Source of the DNA: an uncultured Acidobacteriota bacterium
GTDB lineage: Bacteria; Acidobacteriota; Vicinamibacteria; Marinacidobacterales; DATDRI01
Length of the DNA: 64,000 nt
Assembly (NCBI GenBank): GCA_963722765.1
Contig: CAVROO010000016.1
Coordinates: 123,075 to 187,074, forward strand
Direction of reading: 5' to 3'
This document shows, one piece after another, positions 23,741-34,475 of this stretch. How positions within the stretch are numbered: the stretch's first letter is position 1; the number at the start of each line of letters is the position of its first letter. The notes beneath the pieces were generated by a model, which was not told where the DNA came from, did not search any database, and was given only the letters and a program-made list of their open reading frames with translations. The translations under genes were made by a program, and so were the position numbers.

Positions 23741-24131
23741 ATGTTTTCATTCGTGCAGAACTCGTCGTTTCGAGGCGTCTTCGCCTTTGTTGTTCTTCTC
23801 GCGTGCCTGCCCGCGTCAGTCCTGGGCCGATTCCGAGTCCCAGAAATCCAAGCAAGAAGTGGAGTTCGGAATCGAAGTCGCACGTCGCGGTCTCTGGAAA
23901 GAAGCCATCTACCGGTGGGAGAAAGCGGTGGAGCTCGACCCATCCAACGCGAGTGCCCGAAACAACTTGGCCGTCGCCTACGAGCAGGAGGGCGATTTCG
24001 AGCTTGCCGAAGGGGAATACAACCGTGCGCTCGAGCTCAATCCCAATAGCATCTACATCCGTCAGAACTACGAGCTTTTCAGAGAAGCCTATGAGAAGAG
24101 AAAGAGGAAGGAGCGGAGGTCAAACCGCTAA
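23741..24131 (+). CDS. Small exported TPR protein (extra G near 23825)
   Basis: Signal peptide in one frame; FGIEVARRGLWKEAIYRWEKAVELDPSNASARNNLAVAYEQEG in the next. Confidence 0.8.
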
Positions 24132-24912
24132 ATTGAAAGGCATCGTTGCGCTCCTTTTTGTTTCGGGCGTTTCGATGTCCTGCACGTCTTTATACGAGGT
24201 GCCCATCGAGGTGCCCATCTCCGCCAAGCTGGACGTTTCCAAATACAACCGTGTTTTGGTGGCGAGCTTCATGACTCAGACCACAGAGGACCTGGATCTC
24301 GACGCGGAAACGACTCGACTGCTCCGTAATCAACTCCGCATGACTTCGAATCTCCACGTCATCGACGCGGAGCTCGAGCCACTGGGGGATTTCTCCGAAC
24401 CGACTCTCGAAGAAACGGGGAAGCTGGACGATTTCGAACGGCTGGAGGAGCAGGCCAAGGCTGCGGGTGACGAAGAGATTTCTCGGCAGGAATGGATCGA
24501 TATGGAGCAGGACAAGATCCTGTCCGATGAAGATTACTGGCGAGAGCTCGGGGAGGAGTACCAAGAGCCCCTCATCGTTACCGGCAAGCTCAGATTTGTC
24601 TCGGAATCCCGTTCGGGATTCGTGCAAGCGGACCGCTACCGGCGCGACGCTTTCGGCCGACCCCAGCTACAGCGCAACAACCGCTTCCAAGAACGAACCG
24701 GTTTCGTTTTGGCCGCCGAGCTCTACTTCATCGACAGCACGACCGGAGAGACGATCCACCGTGAGCGTTTTACAGAGGAAGTCATCTACGGTCGCGATGA
24801 ACAGGCCTCCTCTTTGTCTTCCTATTTCGAGTTGATGGATCGATTGCTGCCAAATTTTCTGAGTATTTTGAGCCCTCAAACGTTTCGCGGAACAAGAATT
24901 TTGTTGAAGTGA
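24091..24912 (+). CDS. Putative lipoprotein of unknown function (possibly CsgG/TolB-N-like alpha/beta fold)
   Basis: Lipobox-like IVALLFVSGVSMSC; YNRVLVASF, IVTGKLRF, LYFIDSTTGETI pattern; start codon uncertain. Confidence 0.65.
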   Translation: MRRERGRSGGQTAKLKGIVALLFVSGVSMSCTSLYEVPIEVPISAKLDVSKYNRVLVASFMTQTTEDLDLDAETTRLLRNQLRMTSNLHVIDAELEPLGDFSEPTLEETGKLDDFERLEEQAKAAGDEEISRQEWIDMEQDKILSDEDYWRELGEEYQEPLIVTGKLRFVSESRSGFVQADRYRRDAFGRPQLQRNNRFQERTGFVLAAELYFIDSTTGETIHRERFTEEVIYGRDEQASSLSSYFELMDRLLPNFLSILSPQTFRGTRILLK

Positions 24913-25029
24913 GCAACTATCATCCAACCAAGTGCAACATCGAACCCGTTCGGCTCGAGGCCAGGCGCCGGGGCACGTTGCCGCCAAGTCCCAGCGCACC
25001 CACGGGTTGGAACAAGATGAGGTAACCCC

Positions 25030-28017
25030 ATGACGAGTTTTAGCATCCGATGGTTGGGAGGGGCGGCGTTGACCCTCGCGGTTCTGGCCGGTTCGGCGGG
25101 CGCTCAGTCCTTCGCGCCCTACTACGGCAAGAACAAGGTCAAATATGACAAGTTGGATTGGCAGGTGTACCGGTCGCCTCATTTCGAGATCTACTACTAC
25201 CCCGAGTTCGAACAGGAGCTCGGGCGGATAGTGAGCTACGCGGAAAGTGCCTACGAGCGGATTTCCAATGAGCTCAAGCACGAGATCTCCTTTGCCATCC
25301 CCATGATCGTCTACAAGACGTTCTCGGAGTTCGCGCAAACCAACTTGTTTCCGATGGAAATACCGGAGGGGGTTCTCGCCTTTGCGGAACCGGTGCGAAC
25401 TCGGCTGGTGCTCCCCATCGACGAGCCTCCCGACAAGCTCATGGAGCTCATCACGCACGAGCTGACGCACATCTTCGAGTTCGACATCATTCCCCGCCCG
25501 CTCATCCGCCAGGCGGTTCCTCTTTGGGTCGATGAGGGGCTTGCCGAGTACATGAGCCAGGATTCGTGGGAGTCCATGGATCTGATGAAGGTTCGGGATG
25601 CGGCGGTGACCGATCAGCTTCCCTCGTCCCAAGAGCTCAATACGCAGTTCTCCCGTGCGCCTTACGATTTCGGGAAGAGCCTCTTCGAGTTCATGGAAGA
25701 GCGTTTCGGCAAGGAAGGCATCCGTCAGTTCCTGTTTGCTCTGCGGAAGAGTGTTCTAGGTGGTGTGGGCTCTGAAGTCTACCAGCAGGCCTTCCGTATG
25801 GATGAGGAAGAGTTCAACCGCCAATACCGGAAGTGGTTGAAAGAGCGCTTCAAGCCCTTTCGTGACAAAGAGATACCGGAAGATTACAGCCGCAACTTGT
25901 CTCCCGATCCTCGCAAGGGCCGCTACGTAGCCGCCTTGTCGGCTGCGCCCTCGCCTTCGCGCGAGATGCTCGCGGTCATGAGCTACAACATGCGGGACGG
26001 CGAGCTCGACGTGGTCTTGCTCTCCGCCAAAGACGGCTCGGTGATTAAGAACCTGACTCCTGGATACACGGGCCATTTCGAGTACATTCCCTTGACGGGA
26101 GAAGGCGCTTTCCTCGGCCGCATGTTAGCCTGGACGCCGGACGGCGATCATGTGGCTTTTTTCGGCCGCTACAAAAAACGCCGGGCCTTGATTTTGGTCA
26201 ACGTTCTCACCGCCGAGGTCGATCGCCGTTACGTCATGAGCCTCGATCAGGCATCTTTCCCGGAATTCGGTTCAGAGGGTAAATATCTCTACTTTTCGGG
26301 TTTGCGGGACGGCGTTAGCGATATCTGGCGCTTGGATCTCGAGACCGAAGAGCTGGCCAATATGACCAAGGACCGCTTCGCGGATAAATTCCCGGTCATC
26401 TCTCCGGACGGCAAGTGGCTCCACTACTGCCGGCGCGTGAGCGGAAACGAAAAGATTTACCGGTTGAATCTGGAGAACCCGGATGAAAAGGAGCAGATGA
26501 CCTTTGGGACCTTCGACGACGTAGGACCCACCTTCTCCGCGGACGGCAAGTACCTTTTTTACTCTTCCAACGAGGATGACAACATCTATAACGTTCGGTC
26601 TCTAGACCTCGAGACCGGAGACATTCTCCAGTACACGGACGTGCTGGGTGGAAACTTCGCTCCCGCCATCGTTATCGGTGAGAACGACAGCGAGCAGATC
26701 ATCTTCACCAGCTACTACAAGTCCGAATACGGATTGTACCGGCTGAGCATGGACAATCCGGTCAAGGAGATTCCCGCCGATCAGATTGCCCGGACGGAGG
26801 GGCCGGTCATCGATTTCGTGCCGCCGGTGCTTCATCAGGTCATTCCGGAGAACAAACGCAAGAAGGGGACCTTCGAAAAGATGTACATCGACGGGGCCCC
26901 TCCCATCTCCGTGGGTGTGACCAGCGGCGGAGATTTTTACGGCGGAACCGGGATCAGCTTCTCCGACGTGCTGGGCGACAAGAACTTCACCTTCATGGCG
27001 ATTTCGGTCCGCGAGTTCCGGACCTATTCGGGCTCGTTCACGAACCTCTCGGGTCGGCTGCAATACTCCCTCCAGGGATTCGATTCAACGAGCTTCTTTT
27101 TTGCGTCACCCTACTCCTACAGCTACTCGATCGACCGCAACGAGCTCGGAACCATCCGGCAGAGCGGCGGTATCATTTCGGCTTTCTATCCTCTCGACCG
27201 GTTCAAGCGGATCCAGTTCTCCGCGGGAATCATCCGGCAGCGGTCCGGCTTTCAAAACGCTTGTCTGGATCCCGAGGTGGCCGGTTCGCGTAGACCCGCT
27301 CCTTTTCCTCGAGGTGTGTGGGACCAATCCCGAGCTGATTCAGAATGCGCTCACGAACCGGTACCCCAACGGCACGGCCTTACCGCTGTCCATTACCTAC
27401 ATTCAAGAGACAACCCGCTTCCGCCAGTTCGGGCCTCTTGCGGGGAGCACGGTGCGGGCCAGTTTCAGTTTCTCGCCCGGTGGGGCCTTTTTGTCGCGGC
27501 GTACGATCGACGTCGATGCCCGTAAGTACTTCCAGCTTTCCGGCGGGAGCCTGTTCGCTTTGCGTTTCCGGGGCTTCCAGAGCGTGGGCGAGAACCCGGA
27601 TCTTTTCTGGTTCGGGGGAAACGGTGACATGCGGGGTTACCCGTATCTCGGGTTCGTCGGACATCGCGGTTTCTTCGGCAATGCCGAGCTGCGATTCCCG
27701 TTGGTCGATGCGTTGATCACGCCTATCGGATTTTTTGGGGGAGTGCGGGGAGCCTTTTTCTTCAACGTGGGTGGTGCGGCCTACAACGGCGAGCCTTTCG
27801 ATGCCCTTTGCCTTCGGCGGCGAACAGCGTGTCTCGCGCATCGACGGCAGTATCATCGACGGAATCGGACTGAAAGACGCCGTTGGGTCCTACGGGTTTC
27901 GGGATTACGATGAACATGTTCGGTATCCCCTTCCACTTCGATTGGGCCAAGTTGACCGATTTCGGTCCGACTCTCCCCGGATGGAAATTCGATTTCTGGA
28001 TGGGGTACGACTTTTAA
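25030..28017 (+). CDS. Omp85/BamA-TamA-like outer-membrane protein with N-terminal gluzincin-like peptidase and PD40 beta-propeller (indels between 27280 and 27900)
   Basis: Signal peptide; YGKNKVKY; HELTH...WVDEGLAEY; WTPDG/SPDGK/SADGK repeats; MRGY loop, NAELRFP, C-terminal WMGYDF-stop. Confidence 0.8.
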
Positions 28018-28019
28018 AG

Positions 28020-28098
28020 AAGTCAGAATACAGAAGGCAGAATACAGGACGGAACCGGAAGACGGCTCGTATGACTCGCCGTCGCCTTCCGGATATAG
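28020..28098 (-). repeat. Composite dispersed element with CAGAATA-type tail
   Basis: cagaata-cagaagg-cagaata...GACGGCTCG.ATGACTCGCCGTCGCC.TCCGGATATAG, the reverse orientation of 19654-19735. Confidence 0.7.
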
Positions 28099-28131
28099 CC
28101 CTCGCGCTGAAACTTGAACCCGTTCTAAGTC

Positions 28132-28160
28132 TTGACATGACCCCATCGGATCCCTAAAAT
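28132..28160 (+). promoter_or_regulatory. Sigma70 promoter of rplU-rpmA
   Basis: TTGACA-N17-TAAAAT. Confidence 0.75.
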
Positions 28161-28193
28161 AGTCAGATCGCTCCGATGGAAGGAGAAGGACAC

Positions 28194-28505
28194 TTGTACG
28201 CAATTGTAAAGAGCGGTGGTAAACAGATACAGGTCGCCCCGGGCGAACAAATCCGCGTAGAGAAGCTGGACGCCGAGGTCGGTTCGACCGTCGAGTTCGA
28301 CAAGGTTTTAATGCTGAATCGGGACGGCGAAGTCGAGTTGGGAAAACCCTACCTCGAGGGTGCGCGGATTACCGGCACGGTGTTGGAGCAAGGTCGCAGC
28401 GCCAAGGTTCTCGTCTTCAAAAAGAAGCGCCGGAAGCAGTATCGTCGGACCCGAGGTCACCGTCAATCCTTCACCGCCGTTAGAATCGAAAGTATAGAAG
28501 CCTGA
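28194..28505 (+). CDS. rplU: 50S ribosomal protein L21
   Basis: [26 protein letters not shown]; TTG start behind a GGAG/AGGA-rich SD region. Confidence 0.97.
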   Translation: MYAIVKSGGKQIQVAPGEQIRVEKLDAEVGSTVEFDKVLMLNRDGEVELGKPYLEGARITGTVLEQGRSAKVLVFKKKRRKQYRRTRGHRQSFTAVRIESIEA

Positions 28506-28518
28506 GGAAATATCGACC

Positions 28519-28785
28519 ATGGCACACAAGAAAGGGCAAGGAAGCTCCCGCAACGGCCGAGACAGCAATTCTCAGCGGTTGGGCGTGAAGGCCTTCGGCG
28601 GGCAGACCGTCACCGGAGGGACCATCATCGTCCGCCAGAGAGGTACCCGATTCAAGCCCGGAGTGAACGTGGGGCGAGGCAAGGATGATACTTTGTTCGC
28701 GCGCACCGCGGGGGTGGTTCGGTTCCAAGACCGCGGTCGAATGGGCCGATTTATAAGCGTCCTTCCCGTCGAGACCAACCCCTAG
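28519..28785 (+). CDS. rpmA: 50S ribosomal protein L27
   Basis: [30 protein letters not shown]. Confidence 0.98.
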   Translation: MAHKKGQGSSRNGRDSNSQRLGVKAFGGQTVTGGTIIVRQRGTRFKPGVNVGRGKDDTLFARTAGVVRFQDRGRMGRFISVLPVETNP

Positions 28786-28921
28786 AGCAGCGAGGCGGTA
28801 GACCCGAACGCTCAATTCATGCGCATGGCGCAAACATTGCGGCGAAATCAATCGATTTACAGCCGCTTGACCTACCATCGTTCCCTTTTGGGGAATCCTT
28901 TCGTTCGTGTATCCGGATCTC

Positions 28922-29950
28922 ATGTTCATCGATGAGGCTCGGGTCGAGGTAAAAGCGGGGGACGGCGGACGGGGAGTCGTCAGCTTTCGTCGCGAAAAAT
29001 TTGTGCCCCGTGGTGGACCGGATGGAGGTAACGGCGGCACCGGAGGCTCGATTCGGCTCGTCGCCCGGGGGAATCAAAACACCTTGGTCGCCTTCCGGTT
29101 TCATCCTCTCTTCAAAGCGGAGAGGGGGCGCCACGGTGAGGGGTCGCGGAAGACGGGCCGAGACGGCGAGGATCTCGAGCTTGCCGTACCGCTTGGAACC
29201 GTGGTCTATGATGACGAGACGGGTGAGCTCCTTGGAGACCTCGTCGAAGAAGGGGCTCGACTTCTCGTTGCGCGAGGTGGTCGGGGAGGTCGTGGCAACG
29301 CATGTTTTACCTCCTCAACGAACCAAGCGCCCCGCCGTTCGGATGATGGTGCGCCGGGGGAGCAACGCCGACTGCGTCTCGAGCTTCGGCTTTTAGCTGA
29401 TGTGGGCCTGGTTGGATTACCGAACGCCGGGAAATCCACCTTGCTGCGACGGGTCAGCTCGGCCAGGCCGAAAGTTGCAGATTACCCCTTTACGACATTG
29501 AGCCCACATTTAGGTGTCGTGGGTGAATCCGATTGGGAGTTCGTCATCGCGGATGTTCCGGGCTTGATCGAAGGCGCTCATCAGGGGCAGGGTTTGGGCC
29601 ATCAGTTTCTTCGGCACCTGCTTCGGACTCGTTTCTTGGTATTTCTCATCGATGTCTCCGAAGCTTCGGAGAGCGATCCCGTCGAAGATTTCCGTGTTCT
29701 CCGTCAGGAGGTCGTCCGCTACGGCCAGGGTCTCGAAAAGCTGCCGGCCGGCGTGGCGGCGAACAAACTGGATATCCTGATGGATGACCAACGTGCTCAT
29801 GCTCTCGAGGAAGAAGCTCGAGCTGAAGGGCTGGACACCTGGAGAATATCAGCCGCGACAGGGCAGGGAACGAAGCCGATGATTCGAGATCTGGCCCGAA
29901 GACTCCAGGAGGAGAGGGCGGCTCGGACTCCCGTCGAGAAGAATTTATGA
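28922..29950 (+). CDS. obgE: GTPase ObgE/CgtA
   Basis: [52 protein letters not shown]. Confidence 0.97.
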   Translation: MFIDEARVEVKAGDGGRGVVSFRREKFVPRGGPDGGNGGTGGSIRLVARGNQNTLVAFRFHPLFKAERGRHGEGSRKTGRDGEDLELAVPLGTVVYDDETGELLGDLVEEGARLLVARGGRGGRGNACFTSSTNQAPRRSDDGAPGEQRRLRLELRLLADVGLVGLPNAGKSTLLRRVSSARPKVADYPFTTLSPHLGVVGESDWEFVIADVPGLIEGAHQGQGLGHQFLRHLLRTRFLVFLIDVSEASESDPVEDFRVLRQEVVRYGQGLEKLPAGVAANKLDILMDDQRAHALEEEARAEGLDTWRISAATGQGTKPMIRDLARRLQEERAARTPVEKNL

Positions 29951-30651
29951 GTGCGGAACGGGTGGGAATATTGGGAGGTACCTTCGATCCCCTGCACCTG
30001 GGGCACTTTCGAGCCGCGGAGTCGGTTCGGGAAGCCATGGCTCTCGATCGGGTCCTCTTCGTGCCGGCAAGGATTCCACCCCACAAAGCGGGGCCGGGTA
30101 TCACGCCTGCCGAAGACCGCTACCGGATGGTGCGTGCGGCGGTTGAAAAGGAGCCCCTTTTCGAGGTGAGCCGGATCGAGCTCGACCGTAATGGGCCGTC
30201 TTTCACGATCGACACCCTGATGGGACTCGAGAACGAAATGCCGGGCTCCAAAGTTTTCTTCATCACTGGGGCCGACTCCTTTCGGGACATTCGTACCTGG
30301 CATCGGTGGGAGGAATTGCTGGAATCCTATTCGCTCGTCGTACATGGTAGACCCGGGAGTGCTTTGTCTTGCGCCTACGATGCGGTGCCGGAAAAGTGGC
30401 ATTCATCGTTCGTCACGGTGCCCTACAGCGGTTTGCCGGAACGTTGTGTGCCAAAAGGCAGTATGCCAGAAGACTCGAATGGCGAGCGACGGGCTGATGT
30501 TGCCGGTACTGTTTTCTTACTCCATGTGGTAACACTAAACATCTCTTCGACCGAAGTACGGGCCATGGTCCGTGCCGGCCGGTCCATACGGTATTTGGTG
30601 CCGACCGAGGTGGAGGAATTCATCGACGAATGTCGTCTCTATAGGAAATGA
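29947..30651 (+). CDS. nadD: Nicotinate-nucleotide adenylyltransferase
   Basis: [30 protein letters not shown]. Confidence 0.95.
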   Translation: MSAERVGILGGTFDPLHLGHFRAAESVREAMALDRVLFVPARIPPHKAGPGITPAEDRYRMVRAAVEKEPLFEVSRIELDRNGPSFTIDTLMGLENEMPGSKVFFITGADSFRDIRTWHRWEELLESYSLVVHGRPGSALSCAYDAVPEKWHSSFVTVPYSGLPERCVPKGSMPEDSNGERRADVAGTVFLLHVVTLNISSTEVRAMVRAGRSIRYLVPTEVEEFIDECRLYRK

Positions 30652-31052
30652 GTTTGGAAAAGAAAGGACCGACCATCGACAGCGTGGGGAAGGAACTGAA
30701 GACCGCCATAGGGGCCTCCTTGGACAAGAAAGCCGAGGATGTCGTTGTACTCGACTTGCGCCCGTTGGCGAGCTTTACGGACTACTTCCTTCTTTGCACG
30801 GGAAACTCGAGCCGGCAGTTGAAGACCATCGCTGATGCCATCGAGGAAGCTTTGGGAAAGGCGCGCGTCAAGCCGGACCACGTCGAAGGCTACCCTCACG
30901 GTGACTGGCTTCTCATGGACTACGTCAACTTCGTGGTTCACATTTTTACGCCTCGAAGCCGTAATCACTACGATCTGGAGCGACTTTGGGGTGACGCGGC
31001 GCGACTCGATGTGAGCTTCGACGAACAACAAAGTCGGCGGCCGGCGAACTAA
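30648..31052 (+). CDS. rsfS: Ribosome silencing factor
   Basis: DKKAEDV..LDL, TDYFLLCTG, WLLMDY...VVHIF, YDLERLWGDA. Confidence 0.95.
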   Translation: MSLEKKGPTIDSVGKELKTAIGASLDKKAEDVVVLDLRPLASFTDYFLLCTGNSSRQLKTIADAIEEALGKARVKPDHVEGYPHGDWLLMDYVNFVVHIFTPRSRNHYDLERLWGDAARLDVSFDEQQSRRPAN

Positions 31053-31065
31053 TTTAGCGAAGACA

Positions 31066-32049
31066 ATGGCTCAGTCTGCGCACAAGATGGACGGAGCTTC
31101 ATCTCGCTATCCGGATGAGGCATTCGTTGCACATGATCCTAGGATGGTGGAAATTGTCCACCTCATCCGTCGTCTTGCCGATGCTCCGGCCAACATTCTT
31201 TTGAGCGGTGAAAGCGGGACCGGGAAAGATCTCGTGGCTCATGCCATCCACTACTGGGGTCGCAGAGCTGAGCAACCCATGATCAAAGTGGATCTCCCGA
31301 GTATTCCCGCTGAGCTTCTCGAGAGTGAGCTCTTCGGATACGAAAGAGGCGCTTTTACCGGCGCCCACGATGCCAAGCCGGGAAAGCTCGAACTGGCGCA
31401 GGAAGGAACCGTTTATCTCGACCAGATTGGAGAGCTCGATCCTCCTCTACAGGCCAAACTTCTGCGTGTCGTGGAAGAAAAGCGTTTCGAGCGCGTCGGG
31501 GGCACCCGTACCAGGACTGTGAACGCGCGTTTCGTGGCGTCGAGTAGCGGGGATCTGAACCAGGCGGTGGAGCGTCGGACCTTTCGACGGGATCTGTTCC
31601 ATCGGCTGAGTGTTTTCTGGGTCGTTCTGCCCCCACTACGGGATCGAAAGGCGGATATCGTCCCGCTATCGGAGCTTTTTCTTCGGCACGAGCTCGAGAG
31701 GTTATCCGGTGTGGGGCCCCGATCGCTCTCACCCGATTCTCGGGATGTCCTGCAAAGTTATCCGTGGCCCGGCAACGTGCGCGAGCTCAAAGGGGTGCTG
31801 GAGCGGGCGGTGCTGATGGCGAAAGGCCCCGAGATCGGGGTTCAAGATTTGCCGGACTATATCCAAGAGTCTCCGGCGGTTGCGTTTCGTCTCGGGAGCA
31901 AAAAGCGACCGACCCTGGCCGACGTAGAGAAGACCTACATCGAGCTCACACTTCGCCATTGCCGGGGCAACCAGACTCGTGCGGCTGAGGTGCTCGGCAT
32001 CAGTCGCAAAGCGCTTTGGGAAAAACGAAGGCGCTATGGCTTGGAATGA
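31066..32049 (+). CDS. Sigma54 enhancer-binding protein lacking an N-terminal regulatory domain (AAA+ plus Fis-HTH)
   Basis: GESGTGKD, ESELFGYERGAFTGA, YLDQIGE, FRRDLFHRL, WPGNVREL, NQTRAAEVLGISRKALW. Confidence 0.92.
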   Translation: MAQSAHKMDGASSRYPDEAFVAHDPRMVEIVHLIRRLADAPANILLSGESGTGKDLVAHAIHYWGRRAEQPMIKVDLPSIPAELLESELFGYERGAFTGAHDAKPGKLELAQEGTVYLDQIGELDPPLQAKLLRVVEEKRFERVGGTRTRTVNARFVASSSGDLNQAVERRTFRRDLFHRLSVFWVVLPPLRDRKADIVPLSELFLRHELERLSGVGPRSLSPDSRDVLQSYPWPGNVRELKGVLERAVLMAKGPEIGVQDLPDYIQESPAVAFRLGSKKRPTLADVEKTYIELTLRHCRGNQTRAAEVLGISRKALWEKRRRYGLE

Positions 32050-32108
32050 CCCCCAATGATGATTAAATCAGTTCCGGAAACCGGAAACCAGAGGAAGTCC
32101 ATAAAGCT

Positions 32109-33473
32109 ATGCGGACAAAAACGCTGGTGAGCTTGTTGCTGGTCTTCGCGTTCGTCTGGTTCGTCGTTGCCACGATCAAGAACAACCAGGATCAAGTCGA
32201 AGTTCGTCTCGCATTCATCGGGCCGTTGACACTCGAACTGTGGGCCATCATGCTGGCCGCCTTCGGAATCGGTGCGGCGCTGATCCTGTTTTTCGACATT
32301 GCCGGCGGGGCGCGACGCTTTGCACGCGATTGGAAAGCAAAGCAGTTGTTGCGGGCTCGCGAGAAAACCGAAGACCTCTTTCTGGCGGCTCTCGATGACA
32401 TGATCAATGAGCGTCACGAACAAGCGGTCGAAGGCTATAGCCAAGTCTTGAGCCGTGACCCGGAACATCTGAACGCCCACATCAAGCGAGGCGACAGCCT
32501 GCGAATGCTCCAGCGCTATCGTGAGGCGGCGGAGTCTCTCGAGCGTGCTATTGAGCTTGCTTCGGACAATCTGGTGGCTCTTTACAGTTTGTCCGAGGTC
32601 TATCTCGAATTGGGCGACGCCGCGCCGGCGCAATCCGTTCTTGAACGGATCATCTCGATCGATCCAAAGACCACCATTTCCGCTCATCGCAAGCTTCGCG
32701 ATCTCAAGATGAAGCAAGGTGACTGGACCAAGGCGGACGAGCTCCAGGCCGAGATCGAGAAAATGGTCACGCTGACCGAGGAAAAGGAGCTCGCGCGGGC
32801 GACGGCTCAGGGAATCCGTTTCGAACTGGGTTGCGATCAGATCTCTCGAGGCCTCTACCGGGAGGCGGCCACCTCGCTGGGTTCGATTATCAAACGTGAT
32901 GACGCTTATGTGCCGGCCTACTTGAAGCTCGGAGAAGCTCAAATGGCCGCCGGTGAAACGGATGAGGCTCTCGAATCGTGGCGGCGCGGTTATCAAGCAA
33001 CCGGTTCGACGGAGCTTTTGAGCGCCGTACAAAACCACTTCCTGCGCGTCGACCAACCTGATGAGGCGATTCGGGTTTGGAAGCAGGCCATCGTTTTGTC
33101 CGAGAACGAAGCACCCTTGCGCTACTGTTTAGGCAAACTCCACTACCGGCTCTTCATGCTCGATGCCGCGTTGAATGAGTTCCGGTTGATCGAGGATGCG
33201 GTCAGCGGTTTGCCGGCGCTTCACGTCTATATCGCCCGTATATTGGAGAACAAGGGTGATCTTCAAGGAGCGGTAGCCAAGAACAAAACGGTTCTTGGTG
33301 AAGTTGGGGGGCTGATGACGGATTACTGTTGTAGCTTCTGTCAGAAGCGATTTCCCGAATGGCGTGCCCAGTGCGACCAGTGCAAGAAGTGGAACACCGT
33401 GGCGCTCGACGTAGGTAGCTCGCCTGCGCCGGATCCTCCGATACGTCCCGCGCCGACCTGGTCGATTCCGTAG
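32109..33473 (+). CDS. LapA-LapB (YciS-YciM)-like fusion: LapA-type TM pair, TPR array, rubredoxin-type C-terminus
   Basis: NNQDQVEVRL...LWAIMLAAFGIGAAL (LapA-like), TPRs, C-terminal CSFC...CDQCKKWNT (LapB-like). Confidence 0.75.
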   Translation: MRTKTLVSLLLVFAFVWFVVATIKNNQDQVEVRLAFIGPLTLELWAIMLAAFGIGAALILFFDIAGGARRFARDWKAKQLLRAREKTEDLFLAALDDMINERHEQAVEGYSQVLSRDPEHLNAHIKRGDSLRMLQRYREAAESLERAIELASDNLVALYSLSEVYLELGDAAPAQSVLERIISIDPKTTISAHRKLRDLKMKQGDWTKADELQAEIEKMVTLTEEKELARATAQGIRFELGCDQISRGLYREAATSLGSIIKRDDAYVPAYLKLGEAQMAAGETDEALESWRRGYQATGSTELLSAVQNHFLRVDQPDEAIRVWKQAIVLSENEAPLRYCLGKLHYRLFMLDAALNEFRLIEDAVSGLPALHVYIARILENKGDLQGAVAKNKTVLGEVGGLMTDYCCSFCQKRFPEWRAQCDQCKKWNTVALDVGSSPAPDPPIRPAPTWSIP

Positions 33474-33476
33474 ATA

Positions 33477-33554
33477 GAGAACTCGAGGACTCAAGGACTC
33501 GAGTTCTCTGAATGGAGCAGGAGGACGGCTTCCGCCGTCGCCATCCAGATTCAC
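33477..33554 (-). repeat. Composite dispersed element
   Basis: gagaactcgaggactcaaggactcgag...GAATGGAGCAGGAGGACGGC.TCCGCCGTCGCCATCCAGATTCAC. Confidence 0.75.
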
Positions 33555-33609
33555 GGATGTTGTAGCAACTAGAGGTCCTTTCCAGACGGGCAAGGCTTTC
33601 CCGAACGTT

Positions 33610-34368
33610 GTGTTTCTTCCATCCGGGTCAAAATTTGCTCGTGTCCTAACCCTGGGTGTGGACGGCGTGGTCGCATTAGCCTTTCCGTCCCGCTGCGTTG
33701 TCTGTCAGGTTGATATCGACCGCCCCCTCGCCGGACCGCTTTGTGAAAGCTGCCGAAACAGCCTACCCGTCATCGTCCCTCCCTACTGCCCTCGTTGCGG
33801 CCTACCCTATTCTCCAGGTGTGGCTCCGGGCGTTTGCGGGCCGTGTCGACGCCCGGGTCGCGGTTTTCGCCTCGCGCGGTCGGCCGGGCCCTATGAAGGC
33901 GCGCTCAAAGACAGTCTCATCCTCTTGAAGTTCGGGGGGCGACACCGTTTGGCCGGTTTGCTGGGGAGACTCGCCTACGAGCGCTGTTTTGTCGATGACA
34001 AGCTCGAGTTACCGGAAGCGGTGATCCCCGTGCCACTTTCGAGACGCCGGGAGAGGGAGCGAGGCTACAATCAAGCAGCGCTTTTAGGCCGCGCTGTTGC
34101 ATCTGCGGCGGCGGTGGATTTGAGGCGCCGTGTTCTCGTCAAGGTGCAAGAACGTCCTCCACAGTCGGAGCTCAGTGCTACGCGTCGCCGCCGGAACGCT
34201 GCGGGAGCCTACCGTGCAAATCTTCCCGCGTCTCTACGGGGCAAACATTTGCTTCTTGTGGACGACATCATGACGACGGGCGCTACGGCCGAAGCCTGCT
34301 CGAGAGCTCTCGTGAGGGCCGGTGCAGGCTCGGTGGACGTTCTGACCGTTTCCCGAGTGAGTCTCTGA
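33610..34368 (+). CDS. comF: ComF family protein (double zinc ribbon plus PRTase)
   Basis: CVVC..LCESC..CPRC..CGPC, IPVPLS, ERGYNQA, LLVDDIMTTGAT. Confidence 0.9.
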   Translation: MFLPSGSKFARVLTLGVDGVVALAFPSRCVVCQVDIDRPLAGPLCESCRNSLPVIVPPYCPRCGLPYSPGVAPGVCGPCRRPGRGFRLARSAGPYEGALKDSLILLKFGGRHRLAGLLGRLAYERCFVDDKLELPEAVIPVPLSRRRERERGYNQAALLGRAVASAAAVDLRRRVLVKVQERPPQSELSATRRRRNAAGAYRANLPASLRGKHLLLVDDIMTTGATAEACSRALVRAGAGSVDVLTVSRVSL

Positions 34369-34475
34369 ACCCGGGATCCCGACGAGGCAAGTTGATGCGT
34401 TGATCGGTCATTTTCCACGGACTACAATAGGGTCGCGCGAAATCGTGGAAAGAGCTCTCGAGTCGAGGTGAAGGG

